Shown here in pieces: positions 61,457 through 64,000 of a stretch of 64,000 nucleotides of DNA (the stretch's first letter is position 1; each line of letters starts with the position of its first letter). Origin of the DNA: Eledone cirrhosa (lineage: Eukaryota); NCBI GenBank assembly GCA_964016885.1, contig CAXHJY010000049.1:25349-89348 (forward strand), read 5' to 3'. The notes below the pieces were generated by a model. That model searched no databases, was not told the DNA's origin, and saw nothing but the letters and a program-made list of their open reading frames with translations. Made by a program: the position numbers and the translations under genes.

Positions 61457-61846
61457 TAACTCATATTGATACCCTGCAATTAACAAGCTCAAAGTATAAA
61501 TACTGAGCATTTATACATCTTACGTATGCTTCAAGTTAAATCTTTCAAACCAATGTGGTATTTCTACCCTCGTCATGTACTGTTTATTTTTGCATATATT
61601 ATTATTATCATATATATATATATATATATATGCATCGCTGTAACTAGTAATATGTGTAAAAACATTGGGTAAAATACCCTTAGCGGAAGAAAAAAGCTGC
61701 CAATAGTCAATACAAGGAATCGAACTCTGTATTCATTTAACTTTTTCTAAAGCTACATTCCACAGAAATCTTGATGGCAAATATGATATATATATTAATA
61801 CAAAATAGGATAGAAAACCATGGTGTATCTATCTATCTATCTCTTA

Positions 61847-61948
<102 letters not shown>

Positions 61949-62419
61949 CTATATATGTATATAAAACAATCTCCATCTTTCTCTCTCCCTTGTCGCTCTC
62001 TCTCTCTTTATATATATTACACCCCCCCCCCCCATATATATATAAATATATATATATACACACCCCTTATAAAAGGCCACTTTGCACATTCAACATTCCC
62101 ACCCCATTCCTAAAAGTTTGTTCAGTCAGGCAAAGAGATCATGCAGCCTATTCATCAACGTTATCAGTTATTGGACTCAGTGAAGCATTTCATTAGATGT
62201 TGGGTGATTTTTATCTACAAAATATATCCTAAAGTATTATCAAGCTAAGTATGGTGTAGAAAGATAAGATTTTATTAGACGGTGTTCGCTAAAAATAAAT
62301 TGTTTCTTTACATTTCTTTCAATTATAAAAAAACTACATTCCAAAGAAACATTTTATTGCAAATATGATGTTTATCCTGTGTAGGAAATATGACACAAAA
62401 AAAAAGTGACGTGTATGTG

Positions 62420-64000
<1,581 letters not shown>

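Overview
AT-rich, microsatellite-saturated animal DNA, most likely from an octopus (inferred from the repeat landscape and SINE families). It holds one complete protein-coding gene: a 4-exon Wnt6 on the + strand (CDS 9975-10048, 37683-37903, 51103-51377, 51709-52170; 1032 nt, 343 aa; introns 27.6 kb, 13.2 kb and 331 bp). The rest is (TA)n-derived arrays, many tRNA-head SINE copies, hAT- and Tc1/mariner-type MITEs, RTE-LINE 3' remnants and minisatellites. Nearly all ORF-track entries (IY/YI repeats) are microsatellite artefacts. The most notable non-coding signal is a set of hammerhead-ribozyme motifs in short, fold-back, microsatellite-embedded elements resembling Penelope-like pLTRs. One near-intact hammerhead lies on the Wnt6 sense strand in intron 1, paired with its own antisense copy in a ~210-nt hairpin. 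All calls were made by eye; no database search or folding was run.
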